A stretch of DNA of 64,000 nucleotides. Source: Octopus vulgaris (Eukaryota). Made by a program: the position numbers and the translations under genes. The notes beneath the pieces were generated by a model. The model was not told the origin of the DNA. It searched no databases and saw nothing but the letters and a program-made list of their open reading frames with translations. Shown here one piece after another: positions 51,483 through 64,000 of this stretch (position 1 is its first letter; the number at the start of each line of letters is the position of its first letter). The DNA lies in contig OX597816.1 of the NCBI GenBank assembly GCA_951406725.2, forward strand, positions 17,360,001-17,424,000, given 5' to 3'.

Positions 51483-51664
51483 TACATTCATATATATTAT
51501 ATATATATATACATATATACATTCATACAGATATTCACAGAGAGGTGGTTTTAAATGGTGTATATATGTATGTATGCATGTATGTATATATATATATATG
51601 CATATATATACTCATATATATATATACACACACACATATATATATACACATACACATACATACA

Positions 51665-51705
<41 letters not shown>

Positions 51706-51779
51706 TCATACAGATATTCACATGGAGAGAGTTTTAAATGGGGTATGTATGTATATATGTATATATATATATATATATA

Positions 51780-51843
<64 letters not shown>

Positions 51844-52347
51844 CACACACATACATAAGCACATGGGTGTATCTGTGTATGTGTGTGTTTGTATTACTTA
51901 TTTATATACATATGTTCATACCCCCACGAACCTAACATTTTTAAATGTATACAGTTACATATGTGCATATATACACAATATATACACACATCTTATCTTC
52001 CCGTCTGTAAGTGTAAGATTTTTTCCATTTACGTATATCTGCCTGAGGTATATATTTAGAAACTAACTGGCTCCAAACTACACAAATTACTTCCCTATTA
52101 TATGTAATAATAAATAATTATCTGCAATAATCTTACTGATGTAACCCCGAGCTGGATATCTGGCTGCACAGCTCTCAGTTCTGGTGACTTACAGGCTGGT
52201 TTGCTGGCTTGCTGGCTGTCCGTCCGTCCGGTTAGTTGGCTTGCTCGCTGGAATTATACATTTGCTATCAACTTCCTCCGAAGGAACAAGCTATGATCCT
52301 TCATTATAGATAACATTCATGCATTGGTGCATACACATACACCCCCA

Positions 52348-52392
<45 letters not shown>

Positions 52393-52424
52393 TATGTATG
52401 TATATATATGTATATATGTGAGTG

Positions 52425-52463
<39 letters not shown>

Positions 52464-52532
52464 TGGGGGTGTATGTGTATGCCCCAATGTTATCTATCTA
52501 TCTAGCTACCTATCTATCTATCTATCTATCTA

Positions 52533-52577
<45 letters not shown>

Positions 52578-52590
52578 GTATGTATATGTG

Positions 52591-52668
<78 letters not shown>

Positions 52669-53924
52669 GTGGGGTATGTGTATGCACCAATGTTATCTAT
52701 ATGTATATATATATATATATATATATGTACATATGTGTCTCTGTGTGTGTATATATATGTATGTATATGTATATATATATATATATGGTGGGGTGTATGT
52801 GTATGCACCAATATTATCTATATGTGTATATATATATGTATATATGTGTGTGCGTGTATATATATGTATGTATATGTATATATATTTATATTATGTATGT
52901 GTGTGTATTTTTATGTATATATATATATATTATATATAGAGTTATTACTGCTTTGTGTTTTTATTACATAAATTGTGTATCTATGCAATCCAAATGTACT
53001 CTAATAATCATGGTTTTTGCTTATATTAGTGAAAACCATTTTATATCCTGGTGATGTTATTTGAGTTAATTAAAGATAATCACGTTCAAACACACATCCC
53101 GAATAGCGAAACATTGCCAAGTTTAATGAAACTAAACTATTCTGTTCTATGTATATATGCATTTACTTCTATTTATTTATCATTATCATTTTCTATTTTA
53201 AAAAAATTTTCTTTTCCACCCCCATCTCCAATTTTCTCAGATTTAGATTTCAACAGATGTAAAATTTCTCTCAAATTCACAAACCAGACCATATTCCATC
53301 ACTGCACTTATTTAAGTCTTTCCTCTCACTAGCGTTTTCCTGATAATGAAAGTAGACTATGTATGTTTGTTTTCACTTCAACTTCATATCCTTTCATTTG
53401 ACATAAACTTCCTGTAATGATAGGCCTTGTGTAGGTATGTGTATATGGAGTAATAAGTATTTCTGCGTAGGTGCTTATTTGCAGTTATTGTGTTAGCGGG
53501 CGTTGCTAATCCTTGAGAAAGATTATTGCTGAAAACAGAAAAAAAAGTGTGTTAAATGGTGATATAAACATTTGTTCCTGTATTACATTAACAATATGTA
53601 GTAAATGCCAAATGTTATAACTTCTGTAACAGTTACTAAAAGAGGGCCATCTGTGTTGACAACCAGGTGTAAAGTGTGTAAGATTTTTGTTTATTTGAAC
53701 CAGGGGTCAGTTTTTGAGTATTAAGTGATATGTTTGCCATTATTCATACCAAAGGGGCCAATGAGTATTTTTATGGTTAAGTCCAGACGAAGAATGAGAA
53801 GTAGGGAAAAATTTTGGTAAATTGGAATTTAAAAAGATAATGAAAAAAAGAAAAAAATCGTACTGGTTTGACATGATTCTGGGTGGAAGCATCACGTAGG
53901 CACTGATGCAAAGCTAGTACTGGC

Positions 53925-54640
53925 ACCATCGCCACCACTATCGCCTGTAGCAGTAGCAGCAGCAAGAACAGTAACAACAACAACAAACATGAAAAATAAG
54001 AACAGCAATAAACTGTAGCAGCAGTTACTTACACCACCAACACTTACACCACCACCAACAACAGCAGCAGCAACAACAACAACAAAATTGGTAACAGGAT
54101 CACTACTACCACTACCACTGGCACCATCATCAACACCGCCATCACCACCACCACCACCACTAACAACAACAACAACAACAACAAAATACCATTGCCTGTA
54201 CAACTAGAACCGCCAACCACCAACTACCACCACCACCACCACTATGACCATCACCATCACCACCACCACAACCAGCAGCAGTAGCACCAGCACTACCAGC
54301 AGCAGCACCACCAGCACAAGCATCAGCACCACCACAACCACTACAACCACCACCAGCAGCAACAACAACAACAAAATACCATTGCCAGTGCAACCAGAAC
54401 CACCAACCACCAACTACCACTATGACCATCACCATCATCACCACCACAACCACCACCACCACCACCACCAGCAACAACAACAACAAAATACCATTGCCAG
54501 TACAATCAGAATCACCAACTACCAACTACCACCACCACCACCACCACCATCACCACCACCATCACCACCACCACCACCACCAGCACCACCCGTACCACCA
54601 CCAGCACCACCAGCACCACAATCACCGAACACCCATCATA
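53925..54640. repeat. (CAN)n low-complexity tract with 3 copies of aacaaaataccattgcc..tacaa..agaaccaccaac
   Basis: Copies near 54180, 54370 and 54483. Confidence 0.85.
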
Positions 54641-55643
54641 ATCTGAACATCATTAGTTTATTGCTATAATAAAATCTGTCAGAACATCGTTTTCTTGAAA
54701 AACTTTATTCTTCTTTTGTAAAACTAATAATTTTTACAGTACTATTGAACTCGCAAAAGCAACACCACTACTTCTTCCTCGGCATCAACTAGCCACCATC
54801 AACAGTCACCGTTCCATTTTCACTCGCAACAAACATCATTACCCACAATCACCACCATCATCGAGTTCTTGCCATCAATCACCAATAATATTATCAAAGT
54901 AACTAAGTTTGCAAACTTGTCAGTTGCTGTCATTTTCTTATCTTTTCAATTGTAAAGCTTATGTAATCTCTAAGTGCTCATCCTAAAATGTTTTCCCTTA
55001 TCCTGTCATCTGTCATGAGCATCTTTTCTTAAATTTGCTCTTAAAAATTACTTGTAAAAGTATTTAAATGGAAATCTGGAAAGAACCAGCATCTGAAATT
55101 AAACATTTGTTCACTTGCTTGCTGTTGCTTAGAAATGCGTAGCCGTATTGTCTTAAAGCCGTGTAACATGCTAAGTTATTATTACAAGTATAAGGGACTC
55201 TAAATTGACATCTACCGGAAATGTTTCTTAAAGTATATAAAATTGTTTGGTCTCTAAGATGCATTTTATGATTTTCTGAGAAAAATTAACATTAAATTTG
55301 ACAATGATAATCCTTTTATATATCTTCTCTACATGTTTATTTTAGACTGGTAAAATTTCTTAACTCTTTCCATTTAAAATGTGTTTTATATATAATTTAT
55401 ATATTTTGACAATAGAGAAAATAAATCTGTGCTTTTTACCCCAGAAGTCCCCATGGTAGTTAAATCAGAGACACAAATTGACAAACCAACCATTGAATTT
55501 TGACTAATATTGTTGTCATAACTAAAACTGAATTTAACACAAATTAAATCCTTTAAAAATACCATGCATCCCCAAAAGTCACTTACACTACCCCTGATAT
55601 GCCTATGCACCCTTTTATTCACTTTTCTATCCTTTTGTACTTT

Positions 55644-56050
55644 CGCCTTACTGGCACTTGTGACCGTGCTAGTAGGGTGCTAAGAGCACCATCCGAGCGT
55701 GATCATTGCCAGAGCGGCTAACTGGCTTCCATGCCAGTGGTACATAAAAGGCACCATTTAAGTGTGATTGTTACCAGCGTCACCTTACTGGCACCTGTGC
55801 TGGTGGCATGTGTAAAAAGATTCGAGCAAGGTTGTTGCCAGTACTGCCTGACTGGCCCCTGTGCCAGTGGCATGTAAAAAGCACCCACTACACTCTTGGA
55901 GTGGTTGGCATTAGGAAGGGCATCCAGCTGTAGAAACTCTGCCAGATCAAGATTGGAGCCTGGTGTAGCCATCTGGTTTGCCAATCCTCAGTCAAATCGT
56001 CCAACCCATTCTAGCATGGAAAGTGGATGTTAAACAATGATGATCATGAT
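55644..56050 (+). mobile_element. Retroposon family C
   Basis: Matches family C consensus blocks. Confidence 0.85.
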
Positions 56051-56114
56051 GATTTTGCATGTACTTTTCTGAAGAAACTGTATCCTTCAACAATTCCATC
56101 ATCATCATCGTTTA

Positions 56115-56890
56115 AAAGCAAAGTCGACCTCGGTGGTATTTGAACTCAGAACATAAAAACAGATGAAATACCACTTAGCATTTAGTCTGGTGTGCTAACA
56201 CTTCTGCCAGCCTGCTGCCTTAAAATGCTATATTCTTTTCTACTCTAAGCACAAGGCCTGAAATTTTGGTGGAGGTGGTAGGGGGGCAGTCGATTAGATC
56301 AACTCCAGTACATAACTGGTACTTAATTTATCGACCCTGAAAGGATAAAAAGCAAAGTTGACCTTGGTGGAATTTGAACTCAGAACGTAAAAACAGATGA
56401 AATACCGCTAAGCATTTCACCCAGAGTGCTAACACTTCTGCCAGCCAGCTGTCTTAAAATGCTATATTCGTTTCTACTCTAGACACAAAGCCTGAAATTT
56501 TGGGGAAAGGGATTAAGTCAATTAGATTGACCTCAGTATGCAAATGGTACTTAATTTATCAACTCCCCCAAAAGGATGAAAGGCAAAGCCAACCTCTATG
56601 GAATTTGAACTCAGAATGTAAAGACAGATGAAATACTGCTAAGCATTTCATCTGGCATGCTGACATTTCTTATTTCTTTACTGCCCACAAGGGGCTACAC
56701 ACAGAGCGGACAAACAAGGACAGACAAATGGATTAAGTCGATTATATCGACCCCCAGTGCATAACTGGTACTTATTTAATCAACCCCGAAAGGATGAAAG
56801 GCAAAGTTGAACTCAGAATGTAGTGGAAGACGAAATACCGCAAAGCATTTCGCCCAGTGTGCCGATGTTTCTGCAGGCTTGCTGCCTTAA
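56115..56890 (-). mobile_element. SINE family B tandem cluster (4 units)
   Basis: Repeated units; ttaaaatgctatatt recurs after three of them. Confidence 0.85.
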
Positions 56891-57329
56891 AATGCTATAT
56901 TGCTGTTGCTATATTGGAATGGACTATTCCCAATATGTACTGTGTATCAAATGTAAATTAAGGATGACACAAGAGATACAGTGGGAAAGTAGATGTTTCT
57001 ATGCAGCAGACATGCAGGAAAAATTAGCAGTAAGAGTGCTTCTCCTAGAATAGTTTTAAGCCAAATGCCAGGAAGTCTCCAGAGAAGTATTTGATATTCA
57101 ATATCTGTTTGATATCTGATATCTAGGTGACCTAATTAAAAGCGAAAGCAGGTGTTTTGAATATAAAATAGCCAGGGTAAGATTGTGAAAAAATGTTCTG
57201 GAAACTATTAACTCTTCTGACAAGATTTTTTTCTCTTTCTCCCAGACTCTGTCTCCTTCTCTCTCTCTCTCTGTCTTTCTGCCTCTGTCTGTCTGCCTCT
57301 CTCTCTTCTTCTCTTTCTCCCTGTCTCTG

Positions 57330-57670
57330 AGTGAAGGGAGTATTACATAGTGAGTGTGTATGGAGCAAGCTGTTGCATGATAGAGAACTATGGGCACTGA
57401 ATGTAGAAAATAAGTGACAAATGAGAAGAAACGACCTGATCAAGCTCTGATGGATGCAAAATACTATTGCGCATGGTTCCCAGAACACCAGTGAGCTTAG
57501 GAATAGATTGAATACAAGGTTCAGTAAATGTAGGCTGCATGGACAAAACTGCACTGGTGTGGATCATTGATGCATATAAAAGATGGCAATCGTTATAGAA
57601 AAGCCAAATGATCTAATTGGAAGAAGTCTGTGGAAGAGGAAGAATATCAAGGGAAGAATAGAAATGGAGA
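57330..57670 (+). mobile_element. RTE-clade LINE fragment, old
   Basis: VKGVLHSECVWSKLLHDRELWAL...L*WM...SELRNRL...LHWCG...CGRGR resembles the RTE post-RT region. Confidence 0.65.
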
Positions 57671-57811
57671 TCTTAGGGGACACTCTGTCGGTTATGACAA
57701 TGAGGGTCCCAGTTGATTTGATCAATGAAGCTGCCTGCCCATGAAATTAACATGTCTGAACACTCCACAGAAATGTATAGTTCTCAGGGATGGTTTGAGA
57801 AGGAACATTTA

Positions 57812-58112
57812 GTGGAGGTACATAGCCTAGTGGTTAGAGCAGTGGACTTGCAGTCAAGGGATCATGGGCTTGAATCTCAGACCGGGCTATATGTGTGCTT
57901 ATGATCGAAACACCTAAGCTTCATGTGACTCCAGCAGAAGGTAATGGCGAACTTCTGCTGACTCTTTTGCTACAAATTTCTCTCACTCTTTCCTCCTGCA
58001 TCTTGCAGCTCACCTGCGCCGGACTGGCGTCCTGTCCAAGTGGGGAACTTATACACCAAGGAAACCAGGAAACTGGCCCTATGAGCCAGGCATGGCTCAA
58101 GAAGGAACAAAC
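57812..58112 (+). mobile_element. tRNA-derived SINE family E
   Basis: A-box tagcctagtgg, B-box-like ggcttgaatctc, A-rich tail. Confidence 0.6.
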
Positions 58113-58125
58113 AATATATATATAT

Positions 58126-58299
58126 ATGACAATATTCCTATTCATTCTTAATGCATTTCAGTAGATTCAAATGCAAATATGCTAGTCACTGTTGTATCTG
58201 TCACAAGATGACGTCTCCTTTCTACAATGACAGCGTGCTTATGCCACACTCAGTCCACTGGTGCATGGGATTCTGGAACACCAGTGTTTCCTCATGTTG
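58126..58299 (-). mobile_element. Second copy of the 28945 repeat; hammerhead truncated
   Basis: High identity to 28945-29118. Confidence 0.8.
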
Positions 58300-58503
58300 A
58301 GCCCTTGATCCTAAAAAAGCTTCAGGCTTTGTTAATAATTTCAGTGAACACAACTGTTTGCTAATCAGTACTTAGATCTGCCAATTGATAAAACTTTGTT
58401 GTATTGTGAGATCTGAAAGAACGATTTGCATATTTATTTTTGATATGTTCCAACGGATCCAAATACAAAATATGCTAGTCTCTGTGTTGTGTAAGTCAAA
58501 AGA

Positions 58504-58552
58504 GCTTCTGGTTAATGAGATGCAACATGTCGAAACACTGGTGCTCAGAATC
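58504..58552 (+). ncRNA. Hammerhead relic of the 29088 family, opposite orientation
   Basis: GCUUCUGG-UUAAUGA-GAUG-caaca-UGUC-GAAACAC-UG-GUGCU-CAGAAUC. Confidence 0.55.
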
Positions 58553-58964
58553 CCTTGAACTAACCAGCCGTGGGTTCTATGAGCATTTCTGTCATCACAA
58601 AAAAGAGAAGTTGTAATCCTGTGACATTCACAGTAACAATGCTGATGAAGATAATGATATTGTCAAGGAGAAGAAAAGATTGTTGAATGGGAATGTTGTG
58701 AGAAAAACATGAAAATATTGGATGTATAACTGTTTTAGTGGTTGAGTGTAAATAAGATGTTACTGCTAACTTTTGTGTGAAGAATGGTATAAGGAAATGA
58801 GACATCATTTAACATAAACACATTTTTTGCACTGTTGTGAGTGAAAGCAATGAGCTGCAGTGTCTCAGTCAAAATATATACAGTAATCGCATGGAGAGTT
58901 TATAGAAATTCCTGGAGTTAAATCTGCATAAGGAATAGACAACCACCATATATAATTAGAGACT

Positions 58965-59536
<572 letters not shown>

Positions 59537-59569
59537 TTGTATGTATGTATGTATATATGTATGTATGTA

Positions 59570-59960
59570 GCTCTATGGAGAACTTGTGAATGGAAGGAGA
59601 CTCTGGCAGAAACCAAGGCTACGATTTAAGGACTGTGTCAAGTCCTCATTAAAGGCCTGTGATATGGGAGAACAATGCCTGTTATTGCCACAGATGGAGG
59701 AAGCAGGTTAAGGAGGCGACCGACACTTTTGAGAGAGCACGTATCCAGCATGAAGAACTTAAGCGAGCTGTGCGAAGGCGCACAGCTCGTATAGTGAATG
59801 GGGAAAGCTTGGTCTGCAATGTTTGCAGTCGTGTATGCTTGTCAAGAGCAGGGCTCATTAGCCACCAATGGAGCTGCAAATGAAAAATATAAGTTAGTCC
59901 TAGAGCGCACAATGTTCCTGAATGTCAGCAAGGGTCTTCCTCGGTCACAAGTGGATGGCC
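59570..59960 (+). mobile_element. RTE-clade LINE 3' end
   Basis: [25 protein letters not shown]...CNVCSRVCLSRAGLISH. Confidence 0.85.
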
Positions 59961-60378
59961 ATCATGTATGTACATATGTATGCACACACACATGCATATG
60001 TACACTCACACACATACACATATATAGAGAAAGGCAAGAGAAAGCGAGAGAGGTATAAATGTTTGTTTTTATGTTGAGTTATAATAAAAATGATTTAACA
60101 TTAATCTGATGGGTTCTATACAATTGTAGAGTACAAATTTATCATTCCTAAACAAGAATATTCTTTTCTACTCTAGGCACAAGGCCCGTAATTTTGGGGG
60201 AGTGGGCCAGTTGATAAGATCAACCTCAGTCGAACAAATCAACCTCTGGATTTATTCCTTTCAAGCCTAGTACTTAGTATGTCAATTTTTTTTGCTGGAT
60301 CACCAAGTTATGGGGACATAAACACACCAACATTGTCAGGTGATGGTGGGGAAACAAACATACACACAGAAATACATA

Positions 60379-60474
<96 letters not shown>

Positions 60475-60503
60475 TTATATATATAATATATATATATATA
60501 TAC

Positions 60504-60552
<49 letters not shown>

Positions 60553-61209
60553 TAGATAAAACTTACTTGGAAAAGGATGCATGGCATTAGATCTTTGTGG
60601 ATCTTAAAATGGCTTTTGCAGCCTATTTTACAGTTGCAGACCTCTATTAGATTGGCTTACATTGCATTTAAAGGTGTGCACAGGCACCTACACAGAATAT
60701 ATACACATATACACATATGGGATTCCATGCAGTTTCCACCTTCCATATTTACTCCCAAAAGCATTGATCAGCCTAGGGCTATAGTAGCAAACACTAACCA
60801 CATAGTTCCAAAGTAAGCTTCCTAACCACACATCCATATTTGCAGTGGGAACAATTAGGAATATGTCTGGAATTAATTGCTCTTGTTTTTTTCCCGAAAG
60901 ACGTCCATCTTGTCATTTTCCTGTTTCTTTCAAATCACAGCAATTATGTTCTTACATCGACTGTTATTTATCTTTTTAGTTAGTTTTTTGTTGTTTTTCT
61001 TCATTTCATTATTTGATTGTTTGTTAATTTATGCGTTTATTTATTATTCGTTATCGCTAACCAACTAGAATTCTGGAGAATGTTCCCAAAGTATTATTGA
61101 AATGGTCTGATCACCTCACACATATATATATAGATATAGACACACACACACAAATATACACACACACGCATATATGCTTGTGTATGTGTATTAATATATA
61201 TGTATGTAT

Positions 61210-61380
61210 ATAGGAGTGGTTGTGTGGTAAGTAGCTTGCTTACCAACCACATGGTTCTAGGTTCTATCCCACTGCATGGCACCTTCTACTATAGCCTTGG
61301 GCTGACCAAAGCCTTGTGAGTGGATTTGGTAGACAAAAACTGAAAGAAGCCTGTTGTATATATGTATATATATATATCTA

Positions 61381-61424
<44 letters not shown>

Positions 61425-61635
61425 TGTGTGTGTGTGTTTGTGTGCCTGTGTTTCTCCCCTTCACAACATCGTTTGACATGCGATGCTGGTGTGCTTACAT
61501 CCCCGTAACTTAGCAGTTCGGCAAAAAGAGAGCGATAGAATAACTACTAGGCTTACAAAGAATAAGTCCTGGGGTCGAGTTGCTCGACTAAAATGCGGTG
61601 CTCAAATGACTGAAATAGGTAAAAGAATAAAGGAA
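61210..61635 (+). mobile_element. SINE family A
   Basis: Matches the family A consensus. Confidence 0.85.
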
Positions 61636-61636
61636 T

Positions 61637-61695
<59 letters not shown>

Positions 61696-62508
61696 ACATA
61701 TATATATAAATATTTACACATATACCTGTAAATACATACATACATGCATACATATATACATATATTTACATGTATATGTGTGTATATATACATATATATT
61801 TGTATATATATATACACACACACATATATGTGTGTATGTATGTATATATACACATATATATGTCTACACATATATACATGTGTATGTATATATATTTATA
61901 TACATATGCATATATATACACACACATACACACATATATACCCATGCCAGCATGGAAGATGTATGTTAAATAACGATGATGAAGATGTATATATATGTGT
62001 GTGTATGTGTGTGTGTATATATATATATATATTGTTTTTATCTCTTGATAACAGTCAGGTGCAACTTATGAGAAACAACTATAAGGAAATATTGAGGAAT
62101 ATGGTTGTGAGCTGTCTGGATGTTGTTAGAATAAATAAGAATGATGGCTTACATAATGGAATTTTACCGATTATTTTTAGCATTATATTTATCTGTTACT
62201 TTTTTTTTTTAGTCTTTTCAAGTATTTGTAAGAACACACTGTCAAGTCATTTTGAATTCTATTGACTATCAAATGTATAGCATTTGAAATGTGAGAGAAG
62301 AAATAGAAAAAAAGGTGAAGGAAAGAGAATAGAAAAATGTGAGAGGGAGAGAGACAGAAATAGAGAGTGATGGAGAGAGAGAGAGAGAGAGGGGGGGGAG
62401 ATGGGGAAATACAAATGCTTCAAAGAAGGAAAATTGTGTGAAAAATGTGTATTTTTTTATATACGGATGATGCCATTATAGTTATCACAAAAATCTCACT
62501 AATCGTTC

Positions 62509-62540
<32 letters not shown>

Positions 62541-62546
62541 TAATAA

Positions 62547-62593
<47 letters not shown>

Positions 62594-62714
62594 ATAATAA
62601 TAATAATCCTTTCTGCTATACCAGTTGTGTACTGGAGTTGATCTAATGGACTGACCCCCCTCTCCTAAAATTTCGGGCCTTGTGGCTAGAGTGGAAATGA
62701 ATAATGTTCATACA

Positions 62715-62930
62715 AAGGTGGCGAGCTGGCAGAATCGTTAGCATGCCAGATAAAACGCTTAGCAGTACTTCGTCAGTCTTTACGTTCTGAGTTCAAACTC
62801 CACCGACGTCAACTTTGCTTTTCATCCATTCAGGGGTCAATAAATTAAGTACCAGTTACATACTGGGGTTGATCTAATTGACTGGCCCCTCCCTGAAAAT
62901 TTTGGTCCTTGTGCCTAAAGTAGGAAAGAC
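62715..62930 (+). mobile_element. SINE family B (alternative tail)
   Basis: aggtggcgagctggcagaatcgttagc...ccttgtgcctaaagtaggaaaga. Confidence 0.8.
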
Positions 62931-63237
62931 TATTTATCTATTTACATCCACGTGGAATTTGTTTCATATTACATTTAACTACAGTGTAGTTAACTCTGAT
63001 TTTTCTAATGTTGAGTCTATTCATTCTCTTGTATTTTTTTCCTTTCCTTTGTTCCTTTGCTTCTTCTGTTTCATGTGACATTTAAAATAAGATTAGCAGA
63101 GAGGCTTTTATTTATTTATCCATTTTTTGTTTTTGTGAATGAATGTATTACTTACTCTCTAATTAAAGACAATTTCTTTATTAACAAAATCTGATAAACT
63201 TCATTGATCAATTTTTTTGTTTTGCTTAATTATATAT

Positions 63238-63577
63238 ACTCTTTTACTCTTTTACTTGTTTCAGTCATTTGACTGTGGCCATGCTGGAGCACCGCCTTTA
63301 GTCGAACAATTTAACCCCAGGACTCATTCTCTTTTTGCCAAACTGCTAAGTTACGGGGATGTAAACACACCAGTATCAGTTGTCAAGCGATGTTTGGGGG
63401 ATAAACACAGACACACAAACGTATGCACGCACATACATATATATACATATATACGATGGGCTTCTTTCAGTTTCTGTCTACGAAATCCACTCACAAGGCT
63501 ATAGTAAAAGACACTCGGAACCCGGAACCATGTGGTTGGTAAGCAAGGTACTTACCACACAGCCACTCCTACACCTA
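63238..63577 (-). mobile_element. SINE family A
   Basis: Matches the consensus with deletions. Confidence 0.85.
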
Positions 63578-63581
63578 TATA

Positions 63582-63617
<36 letters not shown>

Positions 63618-64000
63618 TGTATGTACATATGTTAGTGTGCATGCACGTGTGCATTTGTGTCTGTGCCTGTGGGTGTAGTCACAAGCATGGCTATGTGCTT
63701 AAGAAGCTCACTATGTAACCATGTGGTATTGGGTACAGTCACACCACATGGCACTGTAGCCTTGGGTTGACCAATGCCTTGTGGGTGAATTTCGTTCATT
63801 GAAACTGCACAGAAGCTCATCATATATACAATATAGATATATATCGTTTGTAGAAAACATAAATCTCAAGAAGAGGCACACTCTAAGATGTAGAGCAGTA
63901 TATATCAAAATGGTGAAGGCTGGTTTATGGAATTACTTTAGGTTTATGGTGTATTGTCAGACCCAAAAACCTGTTGGCCTATAACCGCTTCAAAATATTT

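Noticed and set aside
53892-54669. Poly-T/H/Q/P ORFs resembling a transcription-factor low-complexity region
   Set aside because: (CAN)n tract with locally duplicated blocks; no domain or splice support.
58643-58680. CUGAUGA followed by a 6-bp hairpin
   Set aside because: No GAAA, stem III or stem I follows, so not counted as a hammerhead.

Overview
AT-rich, repeat-saturated eukaryotic non-coding DNA (intron or intergenic). The SINE families and the heavy (TA)n/(CA)n/(CAT)n load look like an octopus (Octopus sp.) genome; this is my recognition of the repeats, not a database result. No intact protein-coding gene is supported: nearly all ORFs in the track are microsatellite or SINE read-throughs. 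The recognisable coding remnants are all transposon relics: CR1-type and RTE-type LINE 3' ends, mariner and Tc1-like (DUF4817-type HTH) transposase pieces, and a piggyBac Cys-rich tail. Also present are piggyBac and hAT MITEs, a non-autonomous Helitron, and dozens of SINE copies from at least five families. The most interesting signal is a set of about 10 minimal type-I hammerhead-ribozyme motifs from several unrelated repeat families. One (12092-12137, minus) has an intact core and is joined to a tRNA-derived Pol III head, suggesting a Penelope-mobilised, ribozyme-bearing SINE or retrozyme. Other notable structures: a 45 x 33-bp array amplified from a SINE A-box, SINE concatemers with a fixed junction, a CR1 LINE sharing its 3' tail with the commonest SINE, a nested transposon stack with a preserved 8-bp TSD, long inverted repeats, and a captured 280-bp genomic segment. 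Coordinates of degenerate repeats are approximate.
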